From Candidatus Latescibacterota bacterium (GTDB lineage: Bacteria; Latescibacterota; UBA2968), in contig OZ241986.1 in the NCBI GenBank assembly GCA_965204375.1, forward strand, positions 480,001 through 544,000: a stretch of 64,000 nt of DNA. The letters run 5' to 3'. The notes beneath the pieces are model-generated. The model searched no databases and was not told the DNA's origin. It was given only the letters and a program-made list of their open reading frames with translations. Numbering within the stretch: the stretch's first letter is position 1; each line of letters begins with the position of its first letter. The translations under genes and the position numbers were made by a program. Below are positions 28,871-38,310 of the stretch, piece by piece.

Positions 28871-30086
28871 ACTCGCCATTAACGGTGGAGAAAAGGCCAA
28901 AACCGTTCCGTACAATCAGCCGAATAAGTACACCGATGAAGAGCGCGAATTGTTGCTCGAGGTTCTCGATTCGGGTAAACTGATGGGACCGGGAGGGAAA
29001 GTTGCGGATTTTGAAGATGAGGTATGTCGCGCATTCGATGTCAAACACGCGATTATGGTGACCTCTGGCACGGTTGCACTGCAAACGGCTCTTGCCGCGC
29101 TGGGTGTATCTGAAGGCGATGAGGTTATTACCACGCCTATGACGGATTTTGGCACGACTGCGGCTATACTCGCGCTGCACGCCATTCCGATTTTTTCTGA
29201 TATCGATTTGTCAACCCGCTTGCTCGATCCGCAAAAGGTGCGCGAGAAAATTACCGATAAGACCAGAGCTATTATTACCGTCCACATGGCCGGTATGCCA
29301 TGTGAGATGGACGCGTTTCTGGATATTAGCGAGGAGACAGGGGTTAAAATTCTCGAAGATTGCGCGCAGGCACACGGCGCGACTTATCGCGGTCGCTTTG
29401 TCGGTGCGATTGGAAACGCTGCAGGGTTTTCCATGAATGAATCCAAGCAGATTTCCACTGGCGATGGCGGTTTTGTCACGACCAATGACGATGAGACCGC
29501 TGAAATCGCCCGTCTTTTCCGCGACAAAACCTATTTGCGGGGTCAGAAGCTCGAACGCGGTGTGCAACCCATTCCCTTTTTTGGCACTAATTTGCGCCCA
29601 ACCTGCTTGCAAGCCGCTGTCGCTATTGCCCAACTCCACAAGCTCGAATACCTCGTTGCCCGCCGCGACCAGATTGTTCGGCGATACTATGCCGAACTCG
29701 GCGATCTACCCCATCTCGATTTTCCGAAAATTGCCGATAAAGCCCACCCTTCGTGGTGGCCGCTTGCCATTCGATATACGGGTAGTACGCCAACGCGGGA
29801 TGAACTCGTCGATGTTTTTCGCGCCGAAGGCATTTCCATTAATACGAGCATGTCCGCGGTGAAAAATATTCTCCGTACGGAGGTTATTCAAAAACGCAAG
29901 TACTATCCTTTAACGGACGATATTCCGATATTCTGGCAAAATACTGCGTACAATCCCGATGACTGTCCCAATGTCGATACCCTGCAAGCCACTTGTCTGC
30001 GCCTTCCCGTGAATGAACGCTATACCGACGAGGATATCGATCAGACGATCGCAGGGGTAAAAAAGGTTTGGGCGCACTATTTTTAG
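28863..30086 (+). CDS. DegT/DnrJ/EryC1/StrS PLP aminotransferase
   Basis: LAINGG, SGTVAL, EDCAQAHG, FSMNESKQISTGDGG with PLP Lys. Confidence 0.88.
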   Translation: MDELAINGGEKAKTVPYNQPNKYTDEERELLLEVLDSGKLMGPGGKVADFEDEVCRAFDVKHAIMVTSGTVALQTALAALGVSEGDEVITTPMTDFGTTAAILALHAIPIFSDIDLSTRLLDPQKVREKITDKTRAIITVHMAGMPCEMDAFLDISEETGVKILEDCAQAHGATYRGRFVGAIGNAAGFSMNESKQISTGDGGFVTTNDDETAEIARLFRDKTYLRGQKLERGVQPIPFFGTNLRPTCLQAAVAIAQLHKLEYLVARRDQIVRRYYAELGDLPHLDFPKIADKAHPSWWPLAIRYTGSTPTRDELVDVFRAEGISINTSMSAVKNILRTEVIQKRKYYPLTDDIPIFWQNTAYNPDDCPNVDTLQATCLRLPVNERYTDEDIDQTIAGVKKVWAHYF

Positions 30087-30104
30087 ATCGTGTTGTTTGT
30101 TGTC

Positions 30105-30133
30105 TTGACCAATTATCCGAAACCGAGTAAATT
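30105..30133 (+). promoter_or_regulatory. Putative sigma70 promoter
   Basis: TTGACC-17 nt-TAAATT upstream of the amidohydrolase pair. Confidence 0.5.
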
Positions 30134-30170
30134 GCCTGTCGCAAATCTACAACAACTGGTGAAGGTAACC

Positions 30171-30992
30171 ATGACTTTAGATATCGAATCCGGTATTCGT
30201 CGCCCCAAAATTGACATGCACTGCCATGTCTGGCTTATGGATGGGTGGGAGCAGTCCGCTGATCATCTGGTTGCTTCGGGCGACATGCTCGGCATTACCG
30301 AATACTGGTGTTCCTCCGTTATCCAGCAGGGCATTCTGGCACCTGTTGAGGATGTGTATCCTCATAATGATACTATTTTGAGTGCGATGGCGCGCCATCC
30401 CAAACGCATTCGCGGCTGGTGCTTTGTCATTCCCGGTCATTTTCAAGGCGCTATAGACGAAGCTGAGCGCTGTCTGGATGCGGGCATGATTGGTATTAAG
30501 CTCTACAATCAGTACCGCATTGACGATCCGGTTTTGCACCCTATTCTCGAACTGGCGAGTGAACGCCGCGTGCCCATTCTGCAGCACGCGGGATACCCCG
30601 TTCCCGAACACCGCGCAAGCCAGCCGCTCATTTCACATGGCATCCATTTTAGCGAAGCCAGTGAAAAATATCCCGATGCGATTCTCATTCACGCCCATAT
30701 CGGGGGCGGAGGTGATTGGGAACACACGGTGCGCGAAATGCGTCAGGCGTCTCCCAATGTTTATATCGATGTGTCGGGTAGCAATTTAGACGATGGACAG
30801 GTCGAATACGCGGTTTCAGAACTCGGCGTTGAGCGCGTGCTTTTTGGCACCGATGGCACGATGGCCGGCTCGGTGGGCAAAGTTCTCGATGCAGATCTCA
30901 CCGAGGATGAACGCGAACACATTTTTTGGACCAATGCCGAGCGCATTCTCGCGCAACAAGGGGCTACGCCTACGGAACCTCGCACTTCTTAA
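30171..30992 (+). CDS. Amidohydrolase_2 family protein
   Basis: IDMHCH, QHAG, AHIGGG, LFGTD, NAERI motifs. Confidence 0.85.
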   Translation: MTLDIESGIRRPKIDMHCHVWLMDGWEQSADHLVASGDMLGITEYWCSSVIQQGILAPVEDVYPHNDTILSAMARHPKRIRGWCFVIPGHFQGAIDEAERCLDAGMIGIKLYNQYRIDDPVLHPILELASERRVPILQHAGYPVPEHRASQPLISHGIHFSEASEKYPDAILIHAHIGGGGDWEHTVREMRQASPNVYIDVSGSNLDDGQVEYAVSELGVERVLFGTDGTMAGSVGKVLDADLTEDEREHIFWTNAERILAQQGATPTEPRTS

Positions 30993-31009
30993 AGGAAGAA
31001 TACAATCAA

Positions 31010-31807
31010 ATGCTTATAGATGTAAATGCCTGGCTCGGCACATGGCCTTTTCGTTCTCTGCGCGACAATACGCCCGATGCTCTTATTACACGGCTCGACC
31101 GCTCGGGTATTGACAAAGCCGTTGTCTCTTATATCGAAGCTGCATTTCACAGGCATCCGCAATCGGCGAATGAACGGCTTGCCCGCGATGTTGAACCGCA
31201 TGGCGATCGTCTTATTCCAGTTGGTACAATTAATCCCCTGTCGCCGCATTGGGAAGACGATTTGACGTCTTGTATTGATCTCGGTATGAAGGGGATTCGC
31301 CTTTTTCCGCAATATCACAACTACCAGATCGATGGTGCTGAGAGCCGAAGCGTCGTTCAAGCCTGCGCTCAGTGCAATCTTCCGGTTTTTATCCCCCATA
31401 GACTCGAAGATGTTCGCCAGCATCACTGGATGGATCCGGGCCAGAGTGTTGATCTGGCTCAAATCGCCAATTTGATTGCTGCTGTACCCGATGCCGCGGT
31501 TATTATACCGAATGCCCGTCCGCTTGCGCGGTCACCGCTCTGGATGCGAGAGGACCTGCGCGATTTGAACTGGTACTTCGATCTTTCACTGGCTGAAATT
31601 CACTATGGTCTGCACAAAAGTACCAATGCGATGAAGGATCTGGGGTATTTGATTGAGGAAGGCGGTGCAAATCATATTCTTTTTGGCACACATTTGCCTT
31701 TGTCTTATGCTGGCCCAGCTCTCGTCAAGCTCGCGATTCTGCCTGTGGATGAAGAGACGCTCGAAGATATTAAACATCGCACTGCTACTAAACTTCTGAA
31801 TCTTTAG
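31010..31807 (+). CDS. Amidohydrolase_2-like protein with degenerate metal site
   Basis: IDVNAWLG (no HxH), GIRLFPQYH, LFGTH. Confidence 0.75.
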   Translation: MLIDVNAWLGTWPFRSLRDNTPDALITRLDRSGIDKAVVSYIEAAFHRHPQSANERLARDVEPHGDRLIPVGTINPLSPHWEDDLTSCIDLGMKGIRLFPQYHNYQIDGAESRSVVQACAQCNLPVFIPHRLEDVRQHHWMDPGQSVDLAQIANLIAAVPDAAVIIPNARPLARSPLWMREDLRDLNWYFDLSLAEIHYGLHKSTNAMKDLGYLIEEGGANHILFGTHLPLSYAGPALVKLAILPVDEETLEDIKHRTATKLLNL

Positions 31808-31852
31808 ATACAAAGCTTTTCTCCAGCTTGAACCATCAAAATAGTGCAAACA

Positions 31853-31889
31853 AAACGCCCCTGTTTCATTCGCAGAAACAGGGGCGTTT
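31853..31889. terminator. Hairpin between convergent genes, probable intrinsic terminator
   Basis: AAACGCCCCTGTTTC-7 nt-GAAACAGGGGCGTTT, perfect 15-bp stem; T-rich tail on the minus strand. Confidence 0.8.
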
Positions 31890-31912
31890 GAGTTGGTATC
31901 AATGGCGTTTAA

Positions 31913-33523
31913 TTACACTTCATGACATGGCTTTCGCACTATGACGAGGTTGAGGGTGGGGTCCTGAAGGGCGTCTCGGAAGACGCTACGCATCTGGTCG
32001 TCGGTGTCTTGTTCCTGGACTTCGCGGACTCGTGACGCACCACAGGCAAGGGCGAGGTCGCGCATGGTGACCTGCGGTCCGGCTTCGCCGTCTATTTGAA
32101 CGCCCTGGTCGGGGGTGGTTTGTCCGCCAGTGGTGAGCGAGCCGCCATTGTCGAGTACCATAACAATGGGTGTCGCACCTGTGGCGCGTGCATGGACGAG
32201 GGCATTTATGCCGCCGTGATAAAAGGCGGAGTCGCCACATATCGCGATGGTGCGTTCGGCAATATCCGTTTTGCTCAGGCCACATGCCACGCCAATGGCA
32301 GATCCCATCGAAAGTTTGGTGTCGATCATGGGGGCAGCCATTACCACGCATCCCGGGTCGGCAGATATAAAGGGATTTTGACCGAGGGCATTGGCTTCTT
32401 CGCGTAGTGCAGTAAGGATTTCTGTGAAGGGGCAGCCAGCGCAGTGGTTTTTGCGAAAGGGTTTTTCGCTTTCCCAATTTTCTTCGGTGTAGCGCGTGGT
32501 TGGCGAGAAATCCGGGAGATAGTTGTCGAGTGCAATTTGTATATGCCAGCGGAAGAGTTCCCCCACGCTGGTGAGATGTCCCGTGCGTTTGCCCAGGATT
32601 GGCGGGGTAAAACCGGCGTCGTAACCAATGGCTTTGATGGCGTCTTCGATGTATGGATCGACTTCTTCAACGACGAGTACTTCACTACATTTTGAGAGAA
32701 AGTCTGCGATGAGTTTTTGTGGTAGGGGATACAGGGCACTGAGTTTGAGGATGGAGAGGTCAGATGTGTCTGCCCCTTCGAATGCATCGAGGAGTTTGGT
32801 GTGTACCATGCCACAGGCGATAATGCCTTTCTTTCCTTCGCCATCTATGCTATTGAAGGGCAGGTCGCTAAATTGTGCGGTGGCGCGCACGATTTTTTCG
32901 TGTAATTCTGCGTGATTGCCTTCGGTGGTGCGCAGTGCCGATATCCAGCTCATTGGCTCGCGGTCGGGTTCGCGGGTGGGATGTTGCGCTGCGGGGCGAA
33001 AGTCGGAAAGGGCCTGCGTGCTGACGCTGTAACTTCTGGTCAGGCGCAAGATCACGATGGATTGCAGGCTTTCTGAGTATTCAAAAGCCCATTTTATCAT
33101 GTCGCGACCTTCTCCAGGCGTGGCGGGTTCGAGCATTGGAAGTTCGGCCAGGGGGCCAAGGGTGCGTGTATCTTGTTCGTTTTGCGATCCCCATGCGCCG
33201 GGATCATCGCCCATGACAATGACGAGTCCGGCGTGTACACCGGTCATGTTGAGCACCATCAGGGTATCGAGCGCGACGTTCATGCCCACGCTTTTGAGAC
33301 ATACGAGCGCACGCTTGCCGCCCTGTGATGCACCGGCAGCCATGTCCAGGGCAATGCGTTCATTGATACACCACTCGGCGTGGTGTCCGTGGTCTTTGGC
33401 CATTTCGGCCATGGCGTTAAAAGTGTTTGTGCCGGGTGAACCGGGATACCCGGTTACAACACCGACGCCCGCTTCTACCGCACCCCATGCCAGGGCGCGT
33501 TCTCCGTCAATGGTTTGGGTCAT
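31913..33523 (-). CDS. Indolepyruvate:ferredoxin oxidoreductase alpha-like TPP enzyme lacking the ferredoxin tail
   Basis: GYPGSP, NERIA, GMNVALD, SQNEQD, CAGCP, DPGC, GDSAFYH...LDN TPP motif; ends KPCHEV. Confidence 0.8.
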   Translation of the reverse strand: MTQTIDGERALAWGAVEAGVGVVTGYPGSPGTNTFNAMAEMAKDHGHHAEWCINERIALDMAAGASQGGKRALVCLKSVGMNVALDTLMVLNMTGVHAGLVIVMGDDPGAWGSQNEQDTRTLGPLAELPMLEPATPGEGRDMIKWAFEYSESLQSIVILRLTRSYSVSTQALSDFRPAAQHPTREPDREPMSWISALRTTEGNHAELHEKIVRATAQFSDLPFNSIDGEGKKGIIACGMVHTKLLDAFEGADTSDLSILKLSALYPLPQKLIADFLSKCSEVLVVEEVDPYIEDAIKAIGYDAGFTPPILGKRTGHLTSVGELFRWHIQIALDNYLPDFSPTTRYTEENWESEKPFRKNHCAGCPFTEILTALREEANALGQNPFISADPGCVVMAAPMIDTKLSMGSAIGVACGLSKTDIAERTIAICGDSAFYHGGINALVHARATGATPIVMVLDNGGSLTTGGQTTPDQGVQIDGEAGPQVTMRDLALACGASRVREVQEQDTDDQMRSVFRDALQDPTLNLVIVRKPCHEV

Positions 33524-33566
33524 TTTTATACTCCTGAATGAAAAATCGGGTGATAGCAGTGGAAAT

Positions 33567-33595
33567 ATTAAAGTGTGTATGGGCGTATTTGTCAA
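33567..33595 (-). promoter_or_regulatory. Putative sigma70 promoter of the IorA-like gene
   Basis: TTGACA-17 nt-TTTAAT. Confidence 0.6.
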
Positions 33596-33628
33596 GCACA
33601 GAAGGGGTTGTACGGCGATGGGGTAAAA

Positions 33629-34999
33629 TCAAATAAATCCAATTATACGCCAGTATAACAGGGTCAGTGGTAGCAGTGCGATGAGCGTTACCAGAGAAAT
33701 CAGCGACATTACGAGTACGAATTGTCCCATTCGTGCATAGCGAAAGCTGTACGCGACAATAAATGGTGCACCCTGGTAGGGGATGAAAACCACGCCCGTG
33801 CCGATTGCCAGACTGAGGGCGATGGAAAGGGGCGACAGGCCGAGTTGAGGACCGAGGTCGAGCAAAAAGGGGGCGAGTACGCCACCGACCGCAGCGGTGT
33901 CCATTAAAAAATCAAATGGTACAGCCAAATACGCTATAAGGGCGAGTTGGGCAATGGGGGTTTCGACTGTTTGTAGATGGTGTATGAATACGGACGCGAG
34001 GGCGCGGTTGAGGCCAGATTGTTCGAGGGCGTGACCAATGGCAAAGACCGCGGAGATGAATATGAGAAGGGGAAAATTGACTTTTTTGATGGTGTCAAAG
34101 GGCAAAGGACCCCAGCCGGGCAGGTAGCAGAGGAGGACGAGGCTCAGGCCGATATAGACCGGGTGAATGCCGTGTATAACGTCGGTCGTCCACAGGAGAA
34201 CACCTGCGATGAGAATGCCGAGTATTTTTTTTTCGGGGCTGGTCATTTGGGCGGGGACATCAGCGATAGCAGAGTGAGCCGAGAGATCGGGTTCCCTCGA
34301 GGGGCGAAATAGTAAACGGATAAGGCCGTAGAGCAGGCCGACGCGCAGGAGGCCAATGATGGGAAAGAGATAATAGGCCCATTCGCTCCAATAGACTGTG
34401 ATATCGCGCGATTCCAGAACGCCGAGAATGACCAGATTGGGTACGCCAGCCGTCAGGATGCCCGTGCCGCTGTAATACGTGGCGCAGGTAAGCGAGAGGA
34501 CGAGAGCAGCACTGACTTTTGAGTTGGGAGCTTCGCCGAGGGTTTTGAGCAGAGAGACGACCATTGGCATCAAGATGAGGACGCGCACGACGCCAGAGGG
34601 AATCAACAGCGCCATTGTGAGGCCCAGGATGTGAAGGCCCAAAACGAGTTGCCGATACCCATTCAGGCGGCCGAGCACCCTTTGGGCCATTCGCGCGCCC
34701 AGGGGTGTTTCGGTAATGCCCAGGCTCAATGCCATTCCGGCAAAGACGAGCCAGACGGCTTTGCCGGAGAAGCCCTGAAAAGTGGTTTCAAAAGAGAGGA
34801 TGTCGAGAAGTGGGAAGAGCGTGAGGATGAAGATGGCGGTGTAGGAAATGGGGATGGGTTCAAAGGTCCAGAAAATAACGGTGAGCGCGGTGAGGCCGAG
34901 CGCCAGGCGGGCAGATGTGCCGAGGTCGCTGGGAAAAATAAACATAAATAGAGCCAGCGCGGGACCGAGGATGAGGCCAATGGTTTGGGAACGGGTCAT
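33629..34999 (-). CDS. SLC13/DASS anion:sodium symporter
   Basis: More than 10 TMs, LIPSGVVR and TAGVPN motifs. Confidence 0.8.
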   Translation of the reverse strand: MTRSQTIGLILGPALALFMFIFPSDLGTSARLALGLTALTVIFWTFEPIPISYTAIFILTLFPLLDILSFETTFQGFSGKAVWLVFAGMALSLGITETPLGARMAQRVLGRLNGYRQLVLGLHILGLTMALLIPSGVVRVLILMPMVVSLLKTLGEAPNSKVSAALVLSLTCATYYSGTGILTAGVPNLVILGVLESRDITVYWSEWAYYLFPIIGLLRVGLLYGLIRLLFRPSREPDLSAHSAIADVPAQMTSPEKKILGILIAGVLLWTTDVIHGIHPVYIGLSLVLLCYLPGWGPLPFDTIKKVNFPLLIFISAVFAIGHALEQSGLNRALASVFIHHLQTVETPIAQLALIAYLAVPFDFLMDTAAVGGVLAPFLLDLGPQLGLSPLSIALSLAIGTGVVFIPYQGAPFIVAYSFRYARMGQFVLVMSLISLVTLIALLPLTLLYWRIIGFI

Positions 35000-35086
35000 A
35001 TTAGTTATTTATTTTTTGGGATGTGCAGGCAAGATAAGGGGACATGGGGTGATGGACAAATGAATTGTGGGCAGAGGGATTCTCTA

Positions 35087-35115
35087 TTGATTAAGTACAG
35101 AAAATCGCGTAGTTT
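35087..35115 (+). promoter_or_regulatory. Putative sigma70 promoter of the nagA-like operon
   Basis: TTGATT-17 nt-TAGTTT. Confidence 0.4.
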
Positions 35116-35139
35116 AGCGCGCAGAAAGGAGAGAAAACT

Positions 35140-36309
35140 ATGAATTTTAGAGGCAAATTGGTTGATACATCGCAGGTCGTAACCGTGCAAACAGATGGCG
35201 GGCAGATCGCAGCTATTCATCGCGAGGGGGCGGGAGATGCGATTGGTGGAAACGATGTGTGGATTGCGCCAGCGATTTTTGATGTGCAGGTTAATGGTGT
35301 GGGTGGGATCAACTATAAAGCCAAAGATTTGACGGTGGAGAAAATTGTGGAGACGGCGGCGTGGATGCACAGGACGGGCACGGGTTTGTGGTGTCCCACG
35401 GTGACGACTTCGTCTGAGGAAGATGCGGTTCACGGTCTGGCACTGTTGGCAAAGGCATGTGAGGAGTCAGAAGTCGCGCGCACGTCTTTTGTGGGGTTTC
35501 ACGTTGAGGGACCTTATATCGCGTCTGAAGATGGTCCCCGCGGGGCGCATCCTCTGGAACATGTGCGCGATCCGGATTGGGATGAATTTCAGCGGTATCA
35601 AGAAGCGGCTGGTGGGCGTATTGCGATTTTTACGCTTGCGCCCGAGCGAGACGGCGCATTGGAATTTATTGAGAAGGTGGCTGCAACGGGTGTTATTGTT
35701 TCTATTGGTCATTCGGGCGCGAGTCCCGAGCGTATCCAGGAGGCGGTTGCCGCCGGTGCCCAGATGTCAACCCATCTGGGCAATGGTGCGCATGCCGAGT
35801 TGCCGCGCCATCCCAATTATATATGGGAACAACTCGCTGCAGATGCGTTGTGGGCAGGGATTATTCCCGACGGGTTCCACCTGCCGCCAGCGGTGTTGAA
35901 GAGTTTTTATCGCGCAAAAGGCAAAGAGCGCCTATGTCTGGTGAGCGATGTGGCATCTATCGCTGGCTTGTCGCCGGGTATTTACGGCAGCGAGAGCGGG
36001 TTGGGACAGAGCGAGTTGCACGCCAATGGCAAAATTTCTCTGGCGGGAACGCCTTATCTGGCGGGTGCGGGTTTGTTTCTGGACAGTGGTATCCCCAATG
36101 CGGTGAGGTTTACAGATGCTTCGCTATCCGATGCGATTGAGATGACATCGATCAATCCGGCGCGTTTGTTGGGTATAGAAGACCGCGTGGGGTCTGTGGA
36201 GGTCGGAAAAGAGGCGAGTCTGTCTCTGTTCCGCTGGGAAGAGGGGCAGGAGAAATTGGATGTGGTGGCAACGGTTGTGCGTGGGCAGGTCGTTTATCAG
36301 GCTGCATAA
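35140..36309 (+). CDS. nagA: N-acetylglucosamine-6-phosphate deacetylase-like amidohydrolase
   Basis: DVQVNG, HVEGPYI, GAH, TLAPE, GHS, THLGNG, DGFHL, NPARLLG motifs. Confidence 0.8.
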   Translation: MNFRGKLVDTSQVVTVQTDGGQIAAIHREGAGDAIGGNDVWIAPAIFDVQVNGVGGINYKAKDLTVEKIVETAAWMHRTGTGLWCPTVTTSSEEDAVHGLALLAKACEESEVARTSFVGFHVEGPYIASEDGPRGAHPLEHVRDPDWDEFQRYQEAAGGRIAIFTLAPERDGALEFIEKVAATGVIVSIGHSGASPERIQEAVAAGAQMSTHLGNGAHAELPRHPNYIWEQLAADALWAGIIPDGFHLPPAVLKSFYRAKGKERLCLVSDVASIAGLSPGIYGSESGLGQSELHANGKISLAGTPYLAGAGLFLDSGIPNAVRFTDASLSDAIEMTSINPARLLGIEDRVGSVEVGKEASLSLFRWEEGQEKLDVVATVVRGQVVYQAA

Positions 36310-36320
36310 AGGAATGCAAT

Positions 36321-37169
36321 ATGGCGAAGAAAAAGGTTGTTCTAACAGGCGCGTCGGGCTATGTGGCAGGGCGGATGTTATCGGCATTGCGTGCGAGGTA
36401 CGATCTGACATTGCTGGATGTGAAGACGACCGACCGCGAGGGTGAAGCGGTTGAAGGTGTGCAAATTGTAGATTTGGAAAATCCAGACCGGGATGCGTAT
36501 CGCGCCCATTTTCAAGGTGCCGATGCCGTGGTACACAGCGGGTTTAAGGGGACTGTTGATTGGCAGCATACGGATTATTGGAAGGAGTCCGATAATGTTC
36601 GGATGTGCTACAATGTGTACCAAACGTGTGTCGAAGAGGGTGTGAAACGCATTGTTGTGATGAGTTCAAATCACGCATGCGATTTTTACGAGCGGTTGAT
36701 CTGGTCTGACCAATTGGATTTTGCCACGACTGATATGCTGCCCCTGTCTGATAATTTTTACGGTTGGGCAAAGTCGTCGTACGAACATCTGGCCTTTGTG
36801 TTTGCAACGGGCAATGCGACCAATGGCAAGCGGTTGGAGAGTGTTCACATTCGCATTGGTGCGCCTCGAGATACCATTATGGAAGGACAGTCGGCGGATG
36901 ATTTGAAGCAGTTGCACCGCGAATTGGGCGCATATTTGAGTGCGCGGGATTTGTCGCAACTGGTGATTAAGAGTATTGAGGCAGAGAATATTGAAGATGA
37001 AAATGGGGTGCCGTTTCAGGTGTTTTTTGGCATTAGTGGGAATACGCATCGGTTCTGGAATATCGACAATGCAAGGCGCATTGTGGGATATGCGCCAGAG
37101 GATGATAGCCAGATTCGGTTTGCGGGGGAGATTGCAGAGATTATCCGAGAGGCGCAGAAAAAGCAATAG
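36321..37169 (+). CDS. NAD-dependent epimerase/dehydratase (uronate dehydrogenase-like)
   Basis: TGASGYVA, SSNHA, YGWAK (YxxxK), RIG, LSARD motifs. Confidence 0.8.
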   Translation: MAKKKVVLTGASGYVAGRMLSALRARYDLTLLDVKTTDREGEAVEGVQIVDLENPDRDAYRAHFQGADAVVHSGFKGTVDWQHTDYWKESDNVRMCYNVYQTCVEEGVKRIVVMSSNHACDFYERLIWSDQLDFATTDMLPLSDNFYGWAKSSYEHLAFVFATGNATNGKRLESVHIRIGAPRDTIMEGQSADDLKQLHRELGAYLSARDLSQLVIKSIEAENIEDENGVPFQVFFGISGNTHRFWNIDNARRIVGYAPEDDSQIRFAGEIAEIIREAQKKQ

Positions 37170-37181
37170 CGGGTTCTGAAT

Positions 37182-38306
37182 ATGAAAATTACGGGATTTG
37201 AGACGATTCCCATTCGGGGTCGGGCGATGGTTTTGAAGATGTTTACGGATGAGGGATTGGTGGGGTATGGCGAGCCGATGAATTACGAGCATTGGCGCGT
37301 GGTGGCGCAGGCTGTAGAGGATATGGCCGAGTACCTGGTGGGCAAAGATCCGCTGAATATCGAAGATCACTGGCAGGCGATGTATCGCTCGAGTTATAGC
37401 CGGAGTATGCCGGTGTTGGTCGGTGCGCTGAGTGGGATTGAGATGGCGATGTGGGATGTGTTTGGCAAAATGGTTGGGCTGCCGGTCTGGAAGCTTTTGG
37501 GTGGGAAAGTTCGCGATCGCATTCGCGTGTACACAGGGACGGGTGGGACGACGCCAGAAGAGTGTGCGGAGAATGCGAGTCAAAAGGTGGCAGAGGGTTT
37601 TCGCGCTGTAAAGATGGGGGCTTCGCCGAGTCCTGTGAGATTTGTCGATACGCCAGAGAAAATAGATTTTATGGTTTCGCGCGTTGCTGCGGTGCGCGAA
37701 GCTGTGGGCTATTCGGTCGATATTGCGGTGGATTTGCATCGGCGGTTGAGTCCGACGATGGCCGCGATTTTGGTGAAGGAGTTGGAGCCGCTGTGTCCAC
37801 TGTTTGCAGAGGAGCCGTGTCATCCAGAAAATAACGAGGCGTTATTGGCGCTGTCCCGGGGCACAACTGTGCCCATTGCCACGGGCGAACGGCATTTGAC
37901 GCGCTGGGGATTTCGCGAGCTTATCGAGCGAGAGATGTGCGCGATTTTGCAACCGGATATTCGCCATTGTGGGGGGATGTTGGAATTGAAAAAGATCGCG
38001 GGGATGGCAGAGATTCACAATATGGCGATTGCGCCTCACAATGCCGCTGGACCTGTGGGGGTGGCAGCGTCGGTGCATGTGATGGCAACGATTCCAAATT
38101 TGTTGATTTGCGAGGGCGGTCATAACCGTGGAGAAGGTTTGTTCAGGACGCCTCTAATTTTTCGAGATGGTTTTATTGAATTGCCGACCGAGCCGGGTTT
38201 GGGTGTGGATATGGACGATGATGCGCTCGAGGCATTGCGCGATGAATCTTATCGCCTGCGCGGGATGTTCTGGCATGAAGATGATGGATCTTTTGCGGAT
38301 TATTGA
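37182..38306 (+). CDS. Galactonate dehydratase-like enzyme (second paralog)
   Basis: GYGEP, SGIEMAMWD, DLH, EEP, TGER, QPD, APHN motifs; ends DGSFADY. Confidence 0.85.
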   Translation: MKITGFETIPIRGRAMVLKMFTDEGLVGYGEPMNYEHWRVVAQAVEDMAEYLVGKDPLNIEDHWQAMYRSSYSRSMPVLVGALSGIEMAMWDVFGKMVGLPVWKLLGGKVRDRIRVYTGTGGTTPEECAENASQKVAEGFRAVKMGASPSPVRFVDTPEKIDFMVSRVAAVREAVGYSVDIAVDLHRRLSPTMAAILVKELEPLCPLFAEEPCHPENNEALLALSRGTTVPIATGERHLTRWGFRELIEREMCAILQPDIRHCGGMLELKKIAGMAEIHNMAIAPHNAAGPVGVAASVHVMATIPNLLICEGGHNRGEGLFRTPLIFRDGFIELPTEPGLGVDMDDDALEALRDESYRLRGMFWHEDDGSFADY

Positions 38307-38310
38307 GAAA

